Shown: positions 12,416-26,499 of the stretch, one piece after another
Layout of the letters: the number at the start of each line of letters is the position of its first letter
How positions within the stretch are numbered: the stretch's first letter is position 1
Assembly: GCA_951406725.2 (NCBI GenBank)
Contig: OX597815.1
Span: forward strand, 142,290,001-142,354,000
Direction of reading: 5' to 3'
From: Octopus vulgaris
Lineage: Eukaryota
Length of the DNA: 64,000 bases
Translations under genes and position numbers: made by a program
The notes under the pieces: model-generated
Seen by the model: only the letters and a program-made list of their open reading frames with translations
What the model was told of the DNA's origin: nothing
Database searches by the model: none

Positions 12416-13950
12416 TTTGAGGGACTATTAATTTTCATCGCTAATATACATAGTAGAATGAATATTACGTTAAAATTTGTATATAGCGCTTTTATCTGGT
12501 AAAATGTGCTTTATCAGAACACAAATAATAGCTCCTTCATTGCATAATATATTAATATAAAAATATATGAATATTATAATTCATAACCTCTGCTGCAAGT
12601 CAGTGATTTCTGTATTGTGAGGAAGAGTTTTCAATATGCTATATAGGGGGACGGGTGGGGTTAGTAGAACCTACGCAGTATCTTTTGAGGCGCACTGTCG
12701 TGCGTGTGACGTTCAAACCATTTCAGAATATGCCACTAATTGTGATATGCTCATACCTGTACACCTGTAAATGCACCAAAAAGAAATTAAAAGTTTATGA
12801 TGTGAAATATAGTATATAAGAAAGTCATGGACGTAATTGATTCAATCAATTTATTTCCGTAAGATTAAATATATATGGAAGTTTTGATTTGTCATTATTT
12901 CTTCAAACATCTATGCTGTGTTCTTCCTAAATATTCCAAATGCTTCTTAAAGGGAACTAATATGGAATCACTATCATTTATATAATACTTGTGTATATGT
13001 TGTAAGTAATTAAACTTTAATCCCTATTCTGTAAGCCTTCTATAGAACTTTTATAATGCAGTATTACCTAGAGATTCTTATCTATATATGTGCAAATTAT
13101 GTATAGTGGATGATGTATGAGTTGAAATACGCATGAACAATGACAAAAACAGAGCATAAGTGGACTGACATAGATGAAATTTTTAAGAGCGTAGAAGAGG
13201 CTGAGCAAAAAGAACATTGCGTTTCAATGGTAAAAATTGAAGAGAGAATCTAAAGAGGAGATTGGGAAAATATGCTAAGAAATGTAAAAACAAGGTAAAA
13301 GCATCTGAAGTGATTGGATTTTACAAAACATAACAAATGACTGCAACCAGCCGCGTGAGTCTACAGTAGAGAACATTTCAATCCATGCATGCACTAGACA
13401 GTGAAGAATACTTGCAAATATAAGCGTGATAATTATTACGTGCAGACATAGACAAATACATCCACTCGCACACACTCACATATTCGCATATGCATATACA
13501 CACATATGCATATGCATTTATAGACAATTGTGGTACACTATTCAATTTACTGGTTCAAATTTTCAAGAGCGATTAGATTAGAATTCAATTATGTATTTTA
13601 AGTTAAACTATTACTGTTTTTACGGCAGCTTAATTTGGACCTGCTACACAAATACATTTAAAGAGTAGAATCGATTTCATTGAATAATTACATGGGCATG
13701 TGAGCGTGTGTGTGTATTTGTGGTATATATATATATATATATATATATGCGTGTGTGTGTGTATCTATCTATCTATCCCATCTATCTATCTATCTACATA
13801 TATATGAGAGTGATAGGGCGAGGGGAGGGATAGAAATGCAGTGAAAGATATACATATATGCATATATAGATATACAAATATAATATATACATATATATAT
13901 AAATATACATAGATACATACATATATATATAAATATACATAGATACATAC

Positions 13951-13990
<40 letters not shown>

Positions 13991-14099
13991 ATGTGTGTAT
14001 GTGTGTATGTGTGCGTGTATACATTACATCAATTCAAATGCAGAACTATCATCAGCTGCACAAATAAATAGAATTTTAATCAGCCGGACAAATTAATAT

Positions 14100-15106
14100 T
14101 ATTTTACTAAAATACTTTAACAGAGCAAGAAGATGGAAGGTTTCAACTTAGGTATTACGTTTGAATACGGCACACAGGTGGTAAATTTCTTAGATACTAC
14201 ATTAGACATTAACTTAGGATTAAATTGCTCCTTTAGGAAACAAGGTGAAGTTACCAGGTATGTGAACAAATCATCCAATCACCCACCTAATGTGTTAAAA
14301 TCCGTAGTCAAATTTTTTTCTAAAAGAATTACGGAATTATCAGCTAATAAAGACATTCTGGATACCCTTTACTACCACTACAACTTCACTTCGTCTAAGG
14401 CAGAAAACGACCATGAAATTACTTTTCTTAATCCTGAAAGTATAACACCTATTTATAGTAGAAATAAGGGGCATTTTAAAACGAAGAGAAATAACGGCTT
14501 ACTTGGTCGCGAAAACTCACGTATTAGGAAGGCATCAAGCAAGCCTATCAACTTAAATAAAAGGATAAGCAAAAGTAGCAAATTAGATGCTATAACCAGT
14601 AGGAATATCAGTTGGGATAATAACGGTAGTTCGGCGACTGGGCAGATTATGCCACCCTCTAATGATAAGAAAAATACTGGTAATATGGCCACACCCAATA
14701 ATCAAGTCGCGATTTGGGGAGGCGTTGAAAGAGTAGGTAAATTCAGCCTTTACATACGTAACAATTATGAAAGTAACAAGTAACGTTTCCTTCAACACAA
14801 TGCCTGTTGATACTGAGATTAATTTGAATGATACTACAGTTGAAGAAAGAATAAATAAATGAAATACAAATAACGCATGTGATAGTAAGAGTAGTAAGAT
14901 TAATAATTTAAATAATAAATATAATAATAAAAACACCAACAACAACGGCAATAATGACGATGATGATGAAGATAGGAATATAAAGAATATTAATAGTAGT
15001 AATTCTGCTGGTTGCAACTGTAGAGTTAAATCCCACATTCCGTTATTAGGCCTATGTCTAATCTAAAACGTCATTTATAAATGCACAATCATAACTGAGG
15101 CTGGTA

Positions 15107-15178
<72 letters not shown>

Positions 15179-15260
15179 ATGTTCGATAAATATGAAAAAA
15201 GAACATATCAATAATCATTTTTCATCTTTTAGGCTCAAACATAAAGCCAATTGTACGTCC
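14100..15260 (+). mobile_element. Penelope-like element fragment (RT thumb, linker and GIY-YIG endonuclease)
   Basis: VNFLDTTLD..FRK..YVNKSSNHPPNVLKSV..KRITELS is the PLE RT C-terminus. Further on, CNCRVKSHIPLLGLCL.NVIYKCTI...YIGCS..NHFSSFR gives the GIY-YIG domain with its upstream Cys cluster. Confidence 0.8.
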
Positions 15261-15534
15261 TTATCTTGCAAGATTTTATTGTATATAATAAAATCATAGG
15301 ATATTGAGTTATATGGTGAATTAAATTATATTGCATATGTTATAAGCTATATGTTATGGTATGTGGTGTACTCTATGTAATTACTATCCCATGAAACCTC
15401 CTGCTTAGATAGTCTGGGTTCATCATGTTTTCGGTGATTAAGCAATTTGTTCCTTTCTCTTATGTTCTACACTACTGATCATATTATGTATATTTCTATT
15501 GGCGTTTATGTAAGTAAAACTCCTAATTATATAC

Positions 15535-16805
15535 AGGGTGGGGAAGCAAAATTTACAATGAACGTTAAGTTGTTTTTTCTCAGGAGGCACTAAGTCAATT
15601 GTTCTGAAACCTAGCATATATTGACACCATACTCATACCTAACACTATTATCCTTACCTTTTCAGCAACTTTTGCTCATATGAGTAATCAGGAAAGCAAA
15701 CGTCAAAGAGTGTGTGATTTTCTGAATGCACTCGTCACACCAAAGGAGATTTCAAAAATAGTTGGAGTGTCCATAAAGACTATTTTAAATGTAACGAATA
15801 GAATGACTATGAGCAAAAGTATTACGAAGAAGTCTGTTAGTTGAGGAATCAACAAAAAACGTACCAAAGGTTTTATTAAAACTCTCAAATCCAAAATCTT
15901 AAAGGATCCAACTAAATCCATGAGAAAAGTGGCAATTGAACTTGAGGTAGACAACAAGACCATTAGAAATACTGTAAAATATGATTTGAGGTTAAAATCT
16001 TACACAAGAACACCAAAACGCTTGTTGACAACAGCTATGAAGGAAAAGAGATATGAGAGGTGCAAGAAAATTATTACAAGGTTCAAGAAAAAGTCCTCCA
16101 TTGTAACGATCTTTTCAGATGAAAAGATCTTCACTGTCGATGCTGTTCTGAGCAGCAGAAATGACAGGTTTATCGCAAATTCAACAGCTGAGGGTAAGGG
16201 GACATTCAAATAAAAGATCCTGCTCAAGTTATGGCTTTTGGTATTGTGGCTTCCGATGGAAGGAAAACGCCTATAAAACTCTACAAAGCAGATGAAAAGA
16301 CCAGTGTTAATACTTACTACAAGACTCTGAGATACCAGGTATTGCCATGACTTAAAGGAAACTACCCAGATGGTAATTATGTATGGACATAGGATGGTGT
16401 TCCAGCCCACACAGCCAGAAAAATACAAGATTTCTGCAAATCCAACTTTAGCAATTTTTTTGAATCATGTTTATGGCCGCCTTCTAGCCCAGATCTAAAC
16501 TCTCTGGATTATGCTATTTGGGGCGTTTTAGAACATGCTACCAATAGAACATCATACTGCAATGTCGACCCTCTCAAAGATACTATTAAAGAAGAACGGG
16601 AGAAGTTGTCTCTCGAACATTTGAGGAACGCCTGTGCAAGTTTCAGGAAGCGTGTGAAGGCAGTTATTGAGAAAGAAGGTGGACACATAGAATAAAAATA
16701 TTTTCTGTTACGTAAATTGTTTTGTGGCAAATAAATTCTCATGACTTTCAATAAACAAATTGGTCATACACTGTCTTTCAATCCCTGCCTCAAAATATTG
16801 TAAAC
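15535..16805 (+). mobile_element. Tc1/mariner superfamily DD37D (maT-type) transposon, inactivated
   Basis: Left end TA-CAGGGTGGGGAAGCAAAATTTACAAT. Transposase motifs IFSDEKIFTVD and *DGVPAHTA...WPPSSPDLNSLDYAIWG have 37 residues between the 2nd and 3rd D. Only ATTGTAAA of the right TIR survives (about 16796-16804). Confidence 0.9.
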
Positions 16806-17533
16806 ATTTTATGTAAACAGTACCTATAACATTGCAACATATAAATTCTCTTCGGTCGGATTACCTCCAACTGCCCTCACTACTCCCATACCTACTACCT
16901 CTCTTTTAGGATTACCTTTATATCTTCCCTACCTCAAATTTTAATACCCTGTCTCTTTATATGTAAGTTATAAATATTTCTCATAATTTTCTATAAATTC
17001 TTATTATTGTGTTTACTTACTTTGATATTCTTACCTATTAACCTCTTATCGCTTGAAGTTGTTACTGTTCTCCAATAGATTTTTCCGCTACTGGGTCTAT
17101 GCGACTTGGTTATATTTTATCCATACAAACGTATAAATATTTCTATATATGTATATATGCATATATATGCATAACCTCTTATACCTTATAAATTGATAGC
17201 TATCTTGTTCGTAAATAGATACTTTTTAGCTACTTACGCCTAAACGAGATGGTTACACTATATTCATATGAAATTATATATATTTGAGTCTGTGTGCACA
17301 TAGGTACATATGTGTGTATCTGCACACATCTTTATTTTTCTGATTCTTGGGGTATAAATAATATATAGATACCATGTTTATCTTTCCAAAATTCCATAAG
17401 TAAAAGCCCAGAGCAGTCTGTATAGAAACCACCTACTAAAATGTAATTATGTACATGAATATTAAACTTATACTATGTAATCTTTCCTTTTTAATGTTCA
17501 AAACTGATATGGATATATATATATATATATATA

Positions 17534-17645
17534 TTGGCCTGCTCGCTTGGCCAGCGGGGTGGCGTCATTCAAACGCTAAAACAATGCGAACGCTTTGTGA
17601 TCAGCGGTGTGTAACAACATCTGATGGTCTGGTCGGTCACGTGAT
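17534..17645 (+). repeat. Short GC-richer interspersed repeat or SINE tail between (TA)n tracts
   Basis: A discrete block of about 110 bp (ggcctgctcgcttggccagcggggtggcg...ggtcacgtgat) bounded by TA repeats. Family not established from this window. Confidence 0.4.
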
Positions 17646-18889
17646 ATATATATATGTATACACACATTTTACCTGTTTTGGTCATGATATCATTTTTGAA
17701 AATCTTAAATTTTATCTTTATACAACACAACAATACCGTTTATAAACAATCATCTACAGTACCCCATGATAAAATTTCCTTTGTATTAACATCATAAGTT
17801 TTAGTAGCATCTTGCCCCTTTAACTGGTAATTAACAATATGGTTTAGGGTCTTCCCCTACACAGTCTCCTTTTATAGACAGTTACTTTATGCCCAATTTA
17901 CTACTCCTAATGTCTTGACAATATTCATGATCATACCTAGCCATGAGCTGTCAACACAATCTTGCTCTTCATTCCTAAGACACGGCCCACCTGTCTTAGA
18001 TTTAGTAGTTGATAAAAAACAAATACATTAGAAAGGAACCACGATCCTTTAAAGCTGTGACTTCAATAAGCTTCATGCCTTTCTTGGAAGTGTTGTGTAT
18101 TCCTAACTACAATACAGACAACATGGATTTCTTCCATTTTTCTCTGTTAAAGTATTTGAGTAAAAAAATATTAACGCGTCCGACTGATTAATATTCAATT
18201 TATTTGTGCAGCTGATGATAGCCTTGCATTTAAAATGATGTAATGATTGCATTGTTCGATTAAATGGAGCCGCTTGAAACGGTCGCTCTGCATCACTTCT
18301 TGATATCCTCTTACTTATTTTGACTTTATTTACCTTACTTCTAGCTGTGCGAATAATACCCCACTGACTTGGCACTTCAGCTTAAGTACATAATTCAACT
18401 GAATCTCAATTATTTCTTATATATATATGTATATATAAAAAACCCTTAAACAAACCATTGTATCATTCTTCCCAAAATAACTACTTGTGCACAAATATAA
18501 AATCAGTAATATCACTGAATTTGTAGCATTTAATAATTTCTACAAACATAAACTCCAAACAAATTACCGAGGTTTACAAAATATGTAGAAATGTTTTTAC
18601 TGTTGAAATTTATCATATTTGCCACTCAGCTCATAGGGCAAAATAGATTACTTTTCACAGTTATCGGAAAACTTTACATCGATCTGTAATATTTCACCGA
18701 CCGCTGCAGTATATAAAAGTATGTAGAATATCTTAATAGACCATATGGGCAGTTACTTGATATTAATAAGTATGTGTGTGCGTTTAAGCATATCTTTATA
18801 TTAAACCTATCTCTGTAAATACATTTATATTCAGACGTATGCAAGCATGCATATACGTATGTATATACGTATTTACATATGTTTCGCAA

Positions 18890-19145
18890 TGGCGTGTGTT
18901 CAATTCTCCGCTATGTGTTGTCACCTGGAACACTTTATTTCAGTTTACACGGTCCACTGGCAAAAATGAGGAGTAACTGTATCTCAAAGGACCAAACTTA
19001 TCACATTCTGTGTCATCCTGAATCTACCTGAAAACTACGTTAAATGTACAGGTTTACGTGGAGTTCTCACCCGCTGGAGTTCTAATATTATGAGCAAGCT
19101 GTACCGTTTACTGGATCAACTGGAACCACTATCGCCGTAACCAAC
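18890..19145 (+). mobile_element. Degraded tRNA-derived SINE
   Basis: B-box-like GTTCAATTCTC followed by tgtgttgt..acactttatttca..tccactggcaaaaatgag, similar to the SINE at 36266. Confidence 0.55.
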
Positions 19146-19177
19146 GCGGCGACAGTAATGTATATGTATGCATCTTG

Positions 19178-19245
19178 ATGAAGGTTTCAATTGCCTATGA
19201 AACCTTTCTATCGTGCCGTTAGTTTGTGGATGATAGTTTAGTAAC
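19178..19245 (-). mobile_element. Tiny Ty3/Gypsy integrase remnant
   Basis: YHPQTNGTIERFHRQLK is the conserved motif around the catalytic Glu of LTR-retrotransposon integrases. Confidence 0.7.
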
Positions 19246-20179
19246 ATCCTACGACCACTGAGTAATTTCAAAAACTCAGGGTTTTTATAACTGCTCATAT
19301 CCGAATTCTAAGAATTGCATTTCTTTGACGAAAGTTTAGAATTCGTATATGGGCAGTAATTTTAACTAATTGGATTACCAACAATTATGCTTGTTCGGCC
19401 AAACGACCATTACATCATATTGCCGCCTCTGATGATTTGCTACATCTTGTTTATATCAGTATCAAATTTCTTTCGTATTATTTTCAAACACACTTCTACT
19501 TCTATACATCCGAAGTGTATGGATTCTTTTATTATTTCCCCTCTGCTCAGAAAGTAAAACAAAATCATATTTCAAAATAAGATTAAAAAAAGATTAAAAA
19601 TTCCGAATTGCAAAAGCATACTTTTTAAACATTTTTAATCTAAAGCCTCACCTGAACTACTGGTGACCAGTAACTAACACTGTTACAACTATGAGGGAAA
19701 CAACAAAGAAAAATTATTTTCTACAAGATTTTGTATACCTGGAGAGAACCGAAAATGGTTACATACAAGTGCCTTCATCATGTCATCAATCACCACTGAT
19801 TTCCTTCTTTTGTAATTATTTAACATTCGTAGAAGAATGTTGTTATCAAACATTGATAATTGTAGCTACCGAATAACAAATTTCCCTAAATTGACTTTAA
19901 TTAAGACTTAGCGAGGTGCTATATTTGCGTAGCACATCTTCGAAATGATCAACGAGTAAGTTCCACTGCAAGCATAATTGTAACAGAGATCTGGTGAAAC
20001 AGTTTCAGAATTCAAATTACAATTATACGACAAAATTGTTCACACATATGAGAATAAATCTCATGTAAATTTAACAGCTTAGTTTCTTATTAAATGTCTC
20101 TTTCATGGTGTAATTACTTCTATTTCAACATACAGTCTGAGATCAAATTATATGATACAATTCTGAAATACACACACAG

Positions 20180-20213
<34 letters not shown>

Positions 20214-20766
20214 GCACGCACATTCACACACATGCGCATATAGGCATATATATATATATATATATATATATACACTCACGCGTATATACGTATATACACA
20301 CATGTTTACTTACTCTCTTACTGTCGGAGTTTTCTCAACTGAATTCAACTGTGATCTCGTGCTAAAAGGGAGAGAAATAGATAGCAAGAGACAGAGCTGT
20401 ATAATTTACTTTAAAAGAAAATTTCATGATGGGAGTTTTGGTTTTATATAGAGAATTGTGTAAATTATGGCAAAGATCATGTTAAGTGACAGCACAATAT
20501 ATACGTATATATATTTAAGTTAATTTCTCCCTCTGTTTCTTTAGACACGCAGGCGCGCAGATGTATTTACTTATTACAAAGTCACAGTTAACACGATAAC
20601 CAGAATACTATTTTACTTTGCTCTGAGTTAAGAATCACGCTATCAGCAAATGCACAGTTATTATACTTAAAATGTTTTAAAATAAGAATATATATTTTTT
20701 GATACAGACAGACATGCATGCATAGAAAAGCAGAGAGACGTATATTGATAGACAGACATGCAAAAC

Positions 20767-20823
<57 letters not shown>

Positions 20824-20831
20824 ATAGATAT

Positions 20832-20938
<107 letters not shown>

Positions 20939-22145
20939 TAGATAGATAGGTGGATACAAAAGTGCTTCCATGCAAATTCTGTCTACCGAAATCATTATGT
21001 AGGCTTGGATTTAACTGGGGTTGTAATAATAGCAGAGAGATCGAACCGAGGATCTGGTGATTATGAAAAAATATTGTTTGTACGACGAAATGCAAAATGT
21101 TTTTCCCCAACCACACTACTCATTTTTGAGAGGTAGCGTGTGATAACGATAATAGAATACAAAGCTAGAATAAATATTGAGCAGATATTTACAAAGGGAG
21201 ACATTTAATGATCATTGTTTGTAAAATAGCTTGCAAAATTGGAATGGTGTTATGTGCATAGTTTGGAAATATTGATGAAAAATAATGAGATAAATTATTT
21301 TCTTTTATATCAGATTATTATCGAAAAATCTCTCTATAAAGTGTTCTTCCGTATAAGATAATTATTTTGTTAGTAAAAAGCATTAAACATGATTACAAGC
21401 CAATTAACTGCAGATGTAGTGTATTAAAATGCAAAGTCATCTAAGGAAGTGCCTTAATATCAGTAAACAGTTAAAAGTATTTAGACGAAAATGTAATTTA
21501 GATGAAACAGTTAATATAGAACAAAGCTAATATAAAATAATATGAAGATAAAATAATATGGCAGTATAAAAACTACGTAGCGAAAATAATATATTCTGAA
21601 CGAATGGACATAAGCAAAAAAAAGTATGAAAAATGTTTAACCAGCAGATGAAGAAATGGCATAGAGAAAATTCAGGCAAAGGATATGTATCCAAATTTAA
21701 ATGTTCCAATAAAATTATTGATACACTATACTGCGTTAATAAGTTATATTTTTCTAATCTCAGTTTTTAATCTCGTCCATTGCCTCACGATATTTATGAA
21801 ATATGCTACGCAATTACCCGACATATTCTACTATAATATAAATGCTTCGTTATGTTTAAAACATGTAATATAAAATAGGATGACAATGTAATAGCATGCA
21901 TACATTCGGATTCTTTTGATGTAATACGCCCTAACATAAACAGGGATATCAAATATGATAAAGCTGTCGTTTCACCAGTTTTGAATGGCGACAATGCAAG
22001 GATAGAGCCATCATTGCATTTAGGCGATCAAATCCTAAATAGGCCGGATTTTCACTCAGGTGGTTATTTGAAATGAAGTTACCAAAATGAACAACGACGT
22101 TTTACCCTTCTGAAGCTGGGCGTAAATACAAGTATCCACCTACTG

Positions 22146-22179
<34 letters not shown>

Positions 22180-22394
22180 TGTTATTTATATAATTTATAG
22201 AATGTATAGTACATATATATATGTGTGTGTGTGTGTGTTTGAAGGTTTGTGTGTTTGTGCGCGTGGATCTGTTTGTGCACGCGTGTGTGTTTGCATGCAC
22301 GCATGTGTGTTATAAGCGCTCTGTTAGTAAATCAAGCTAACAATATTGCTTTGATTAGTAAAGTACTCTCCATATACCTGTAGTATGTTCCGAG

Positions 22395-22821
22395 GTTATA
22401 GTTCAATATGAATCTATATTGTAAATCACTGGTTGTGTTCCAGTTTTACGTGTTTTTATACAGAATTCTATACAAGAACATGCATAAATAATGGTCATGA
22501 CATATTACTATATTGTAGTAAATTTGACCTTCAGCTGTTTCCAGCAATCCTTATAAGTTCGTTCACTCAATTAGCCCATAGATCGGTTGAGAAAAACTAA
22601 ACGACCTGGAGAGTTAATGCTACTTTCGTCAGAGAAAGTATCTTTCTTTCAGTGCTATGTTATTACGAGAAATTACTCTGACAATGAATCGGGCAACTGA
22701 GTAACACTTATCAATAACAAACTTATAATGACTGCTGGAATCAGGAGTAAGTCAAATTTACTACAACAAAGGAATGTGTAATGACCATTATTTGTACTTT
22801 GTCTTGTAAATATAATATATA

Positions 22822-22852
<31 letters not shown>

Positions 22853-22930
22853 CTCTTAATAACACGTAGAAGAAGATACTTTTTCTATTCCAACATTAAT
22901 TGGGTATTTCGACTATGAACTGTAACACAC
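22395..22930. repeat. Fold-back / MITE-like imperfect inverted repeat
   Basis: Gapless 93-bp arms 22471-22563 / 22716-22808 (about 80% identical). Weaker outer matches: gttatagttca/tgaactgtaac and tacgtgtt/aacacgta. Confidence 0.75.
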
Positions 22931-22934
22931 TCGC

Positions 22935-23260
22935 GTTGGTGTGTCAGCAGAAGGGGCCAAGTCACTGCTCCTCATCTCCTCGTGGCTTCAGGTTTAACTA
23001 CTCTCCCTGGCTCCAAAGCTAACAAGAGCCGCTTTCTTTTGCATCTCCCATCACCTACACAGCCACCTTTTCCCCCTTTCTTCTCATTCCAATGGCTATA
23101 AGCACCTTTCATGCCCATTGAGCAAGGAATCATCTACAGCCAACCTCTCAATTAGGAACAGCCATACCTACCATCCCTTCTCCTCACAATCCGACAGAAG
23201 GATCTCATATTTGGCACGATTCTGTTAATGGTCGTCATCACAACCCTCTTCCTACGGCCT
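22935..23260 (-). mobile_element. RLE LINE (Hero/NeSL-like) 3' fragment
   Basis: Minus strand gives AKYEILLSDCEEKGW*VWLFLIE/VGCR, resembling the KY..L...C...GW....P.EVGCRG endonuclease C-terminus. Confidence 0.55.
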
Positions 23261-23589
23261 GTGAATTCAATTAAGATTATTTACTTGATCTCTTCAGACC
23301 ACGGAACGACATCTGACGTCAGTGTATGAACGACCTGGGGAATCTGCGGTCTTTTCCTCGGTCCAATTTCATATATTAATGACTGGTATCCATGCATTAA
23401 TCTATGTGTCGTTTTTGATGACTTTGCTGCCCTCTCTCCCTCTTTCATGAACTTATTGATGTTGCTTTCCCTTGATGATGAAGTTCAAGTTCTGTGTATA
23501 TAAGGGCATGAGGAATCGATGCGTATACATTTTCCAAATCTAGTCAAAACACATTCCATGTTACTTTTGCTACACTTGGTCTCCTAAAT

Positions 23590-23830
23590 CAACTCTCTGG
23601 TGCCGAGTCAGCTCCACTGCCCCCGGCATTTGCTCCACTCCGCTCGTCTTCTCGCCATTCTCCTCAATGTTGTTCCAAACATCTTTCTTAAGTCATCTTC
23701 CTATCTGATTGGTTGTCTTCCGAGTGGCCTCTTCCGTTCACGCGTTCACGCGGGTACCACTAGATAACTGCAACGTTCCACCGACTCTCTGTGAACCTTG
23801 CAATATGACCAGCTCATCGTAGCTTTGAGA
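23590..23830 (-). mobile_element. RTE-clade LINE 3' fragment
   Basis: LR*AGHIARFTESRWNVAVI*WYPRE..KRPLGRQPIR*EDD. Confidence 0.75.
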
Positions 23831-23834
23831 GATG

Positions 23835-24152
23835 GTATTCTGCAACGACGTCCTTCACTGCGTGGCACCTTGGGCCTACCAAAGCCTTGTGAGTGGATTT
23901 GGTAGAGGGGAAACTGAAGACCGTCATATATATATATATATATGCGTGTCTGTGTTTGTCACCCCACCATTGCCTGACAATCGATGCTGGTGTGTTTACG
24001 TCCCTGTAATTTACCGATTCGGCAAAAGAGAGCAATAGAATATGTACTAGGCTTAAATATAATAAGTCATGGGATCAGTTTTTTCGACTAAAGGCGCTGC
24101 TCCAGCATGGCTGCTGTCAAATGACAGGGACAAATAAAAGAACAAAAGAACA
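23835..24152 (+). mobile_element. SINE (second family) with internal TA tract
   Basis: aaagccttgtgagtggatttggtag..gctggtgtgtttacgtccc..gctccagcatggc..A-rich tail, recalled as an abundant octopus SINE. Confidence 0.65.
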
Positions 24153-25909
24153 TAAAATCGCTTCTAGTTAAAAGGGTAAGTATTACGTATGTGATACAAA
24201 CTAATCGCTAACAGATATACAAATTATAATTATGTGACATTACCTTTATAAGTCTTCTCTAATGAATATCACGGGAATACATGGTGACAAGCTATCATTA
24301 TTCCAACTTATTTAACGTTTGCTTCAAATGAAATAACTCATAGTAATTCTGAATTCCCTAACTCTATGAACCAACATATATCATATTCAAATCTTGCATG
24401 CCTCAATGATCAGTGGGTTATAACGTAGTCCAAGAATATTTGCCTTTATTACAATTACAGGTGGCGATTACATTTCACAATGAAATGAATGGAAGAAGTT
24501 GATACAATTCATTTAATTATAAACTATATAAAGGCCCTACGAAAGTAAATTATATACGCTAGGAACAATGGTTTGATGCTAAAATCAATCATTGAATATT
24601 ATAATTTATATCTTATAAAATATATAACAACATTTCTTCTCATATAATTATCATGCTACACACCATTTAAATTAAATTTACAGGTGTTACAATATATTGC
24701 CATATTTGGGATTTATTGGAGAAATGCATTCCTGGAGTTCCACTTGAACAATCTTTCGGTTGTATGCAGATAATAAAACTATAATTTATACGATTAACCA
24801 GCATATTTGAAGAATACTTGATATAAGTAGTAACGAAGTGTTATTTTTATTCATTAATAATGCCTGTTAATGCCTTAGAAGAATCATTGATTAGACTCGT
24901 GATGGCTTCGTTTCCAGATCTAAAACTTCTGGTATATAAATCATGACATCATAAAGAGAACTAATTTTAAGTGGTTAGTTTATGATATTCTAAAGAGAAT
25001 TAAATGTAAGTGATTCAGTATACTTAATAAATAAGTAGACAGTCTAGCTGCTTTGTTCAATTAAGAAATTCTGGCTATTTCTAAGATTAATTAAACTTAG
25101 TCTAAACTGCAATAAATAACAAGTTAGTGAGCAGTTGGCGATATTATCTTTGATTTATGAAGTACATATTACTTTATGATTTCTTACCTAGATATGTGAT
25201 TTACAGAGAACATGACTGTTTGAGTTTCCCGTCTATATTAAAGATGTAACAACCTAAATTAAATTAAATTAGTGCAACTAAATTTAATGAAGTTAGATCT
25301 GTAAAAGTGATGCCTGTTTATACAATATGGCGTTCTTAAGACAGATTAAACTATAACAGTGTAAATTGGAAGAAACATAAAATCTACATAAAATGTCTAA
25401 CTTCATCAATCATGACACAAACTGTTTTCATTTGGAGCTCTATAACCTTTTAATCAGTTGAGAATCCGTTCTATTTGATTATACGATTTATAACGCATAA
25501 CTGCTCTCACTATTTGTCTAGCATAATTAGAAATGTTCAAAAACATTTATCTTTTAGCGTTTGGAGTGACATCAAACAATACCTTTCAGAATACATAAAT
25601 GGTAGCATAACCAATAATTGTAAATGTAAAAGTACACTTTATATTCAAACAAATTAGTTTTGAAAAATATATGCCACCTGTTCACGGACAAAAATTCTGC
25701 CGAACAATTTTCTTTTGTAAACAGGTCGCAATATCGAGCGAAGAAAATTTGGACACAATATTACAAATAAATGTTTAAGTGAACTAGATAGTCTATGTGT
25801 ATTTCTGATTGGCTGAATTTAGATCTTCCACTCTGTTATCGCTTTTGTTTCAGCATGCGATCTTAGATCAAAAAATCCATTTGTAAATATACACATACAC
25901 ACACGTACA

Positions 25910-25981
<72 letters not shown>

Positions 25982-26004
25982 TATATATATATATACATAT
26001 AAAT

Positions 26005-26335
26005 TTGACATGCTGCACAAGCAGGAGAACCCAGTCTTGGCTGTCAGATAATTTCTGAGACCACATCACACCTAACATCTGGCCGCCTAACTCCCCAGAC
26101 TCCAACCGCCTTGATTATTAGGGTGCAGTTGAGCGATAGAACAAGAAATCTCCTTGTAATACCAAATATGAATTGAAGGCAAGGATTATGGCGTCATTCA
26201 TCAACTTAAACTAGGAGACTATCCAGAAGAGTTAGTCATGTGGAGGCCATAGTTGAAGAAAATGGTGATTCTGTTGAATAAATGTACTCTAGTATTTCAA
26301 GGTGTTTTAAAGAAATTTTGGTATATATATATCTG
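26005..26335 (+). mobile_element. Tc1/mariner transposase C-terminal remnant
   Basis: CTSRRTQSWLSDNF*DHITPNIWPPNSPDSNRLDY, with later EAIVEENGDSVE*. Confidence 0.7.
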
Positions 26336-26499
26336 TTAAAATAAAATGTCAGTGTTATTTTTATTTTTGTGCAAATTTGCCGACAATATATTAACCACAT
26401 TGTGTTTGTGTGTATGTGTGTACTTGGTATTTTTACCTGGCTTGCAAGATTCTTTATGTGAATTCGTGTGCGGAAGCAAGTTATATCGCGTCTGGAGGG

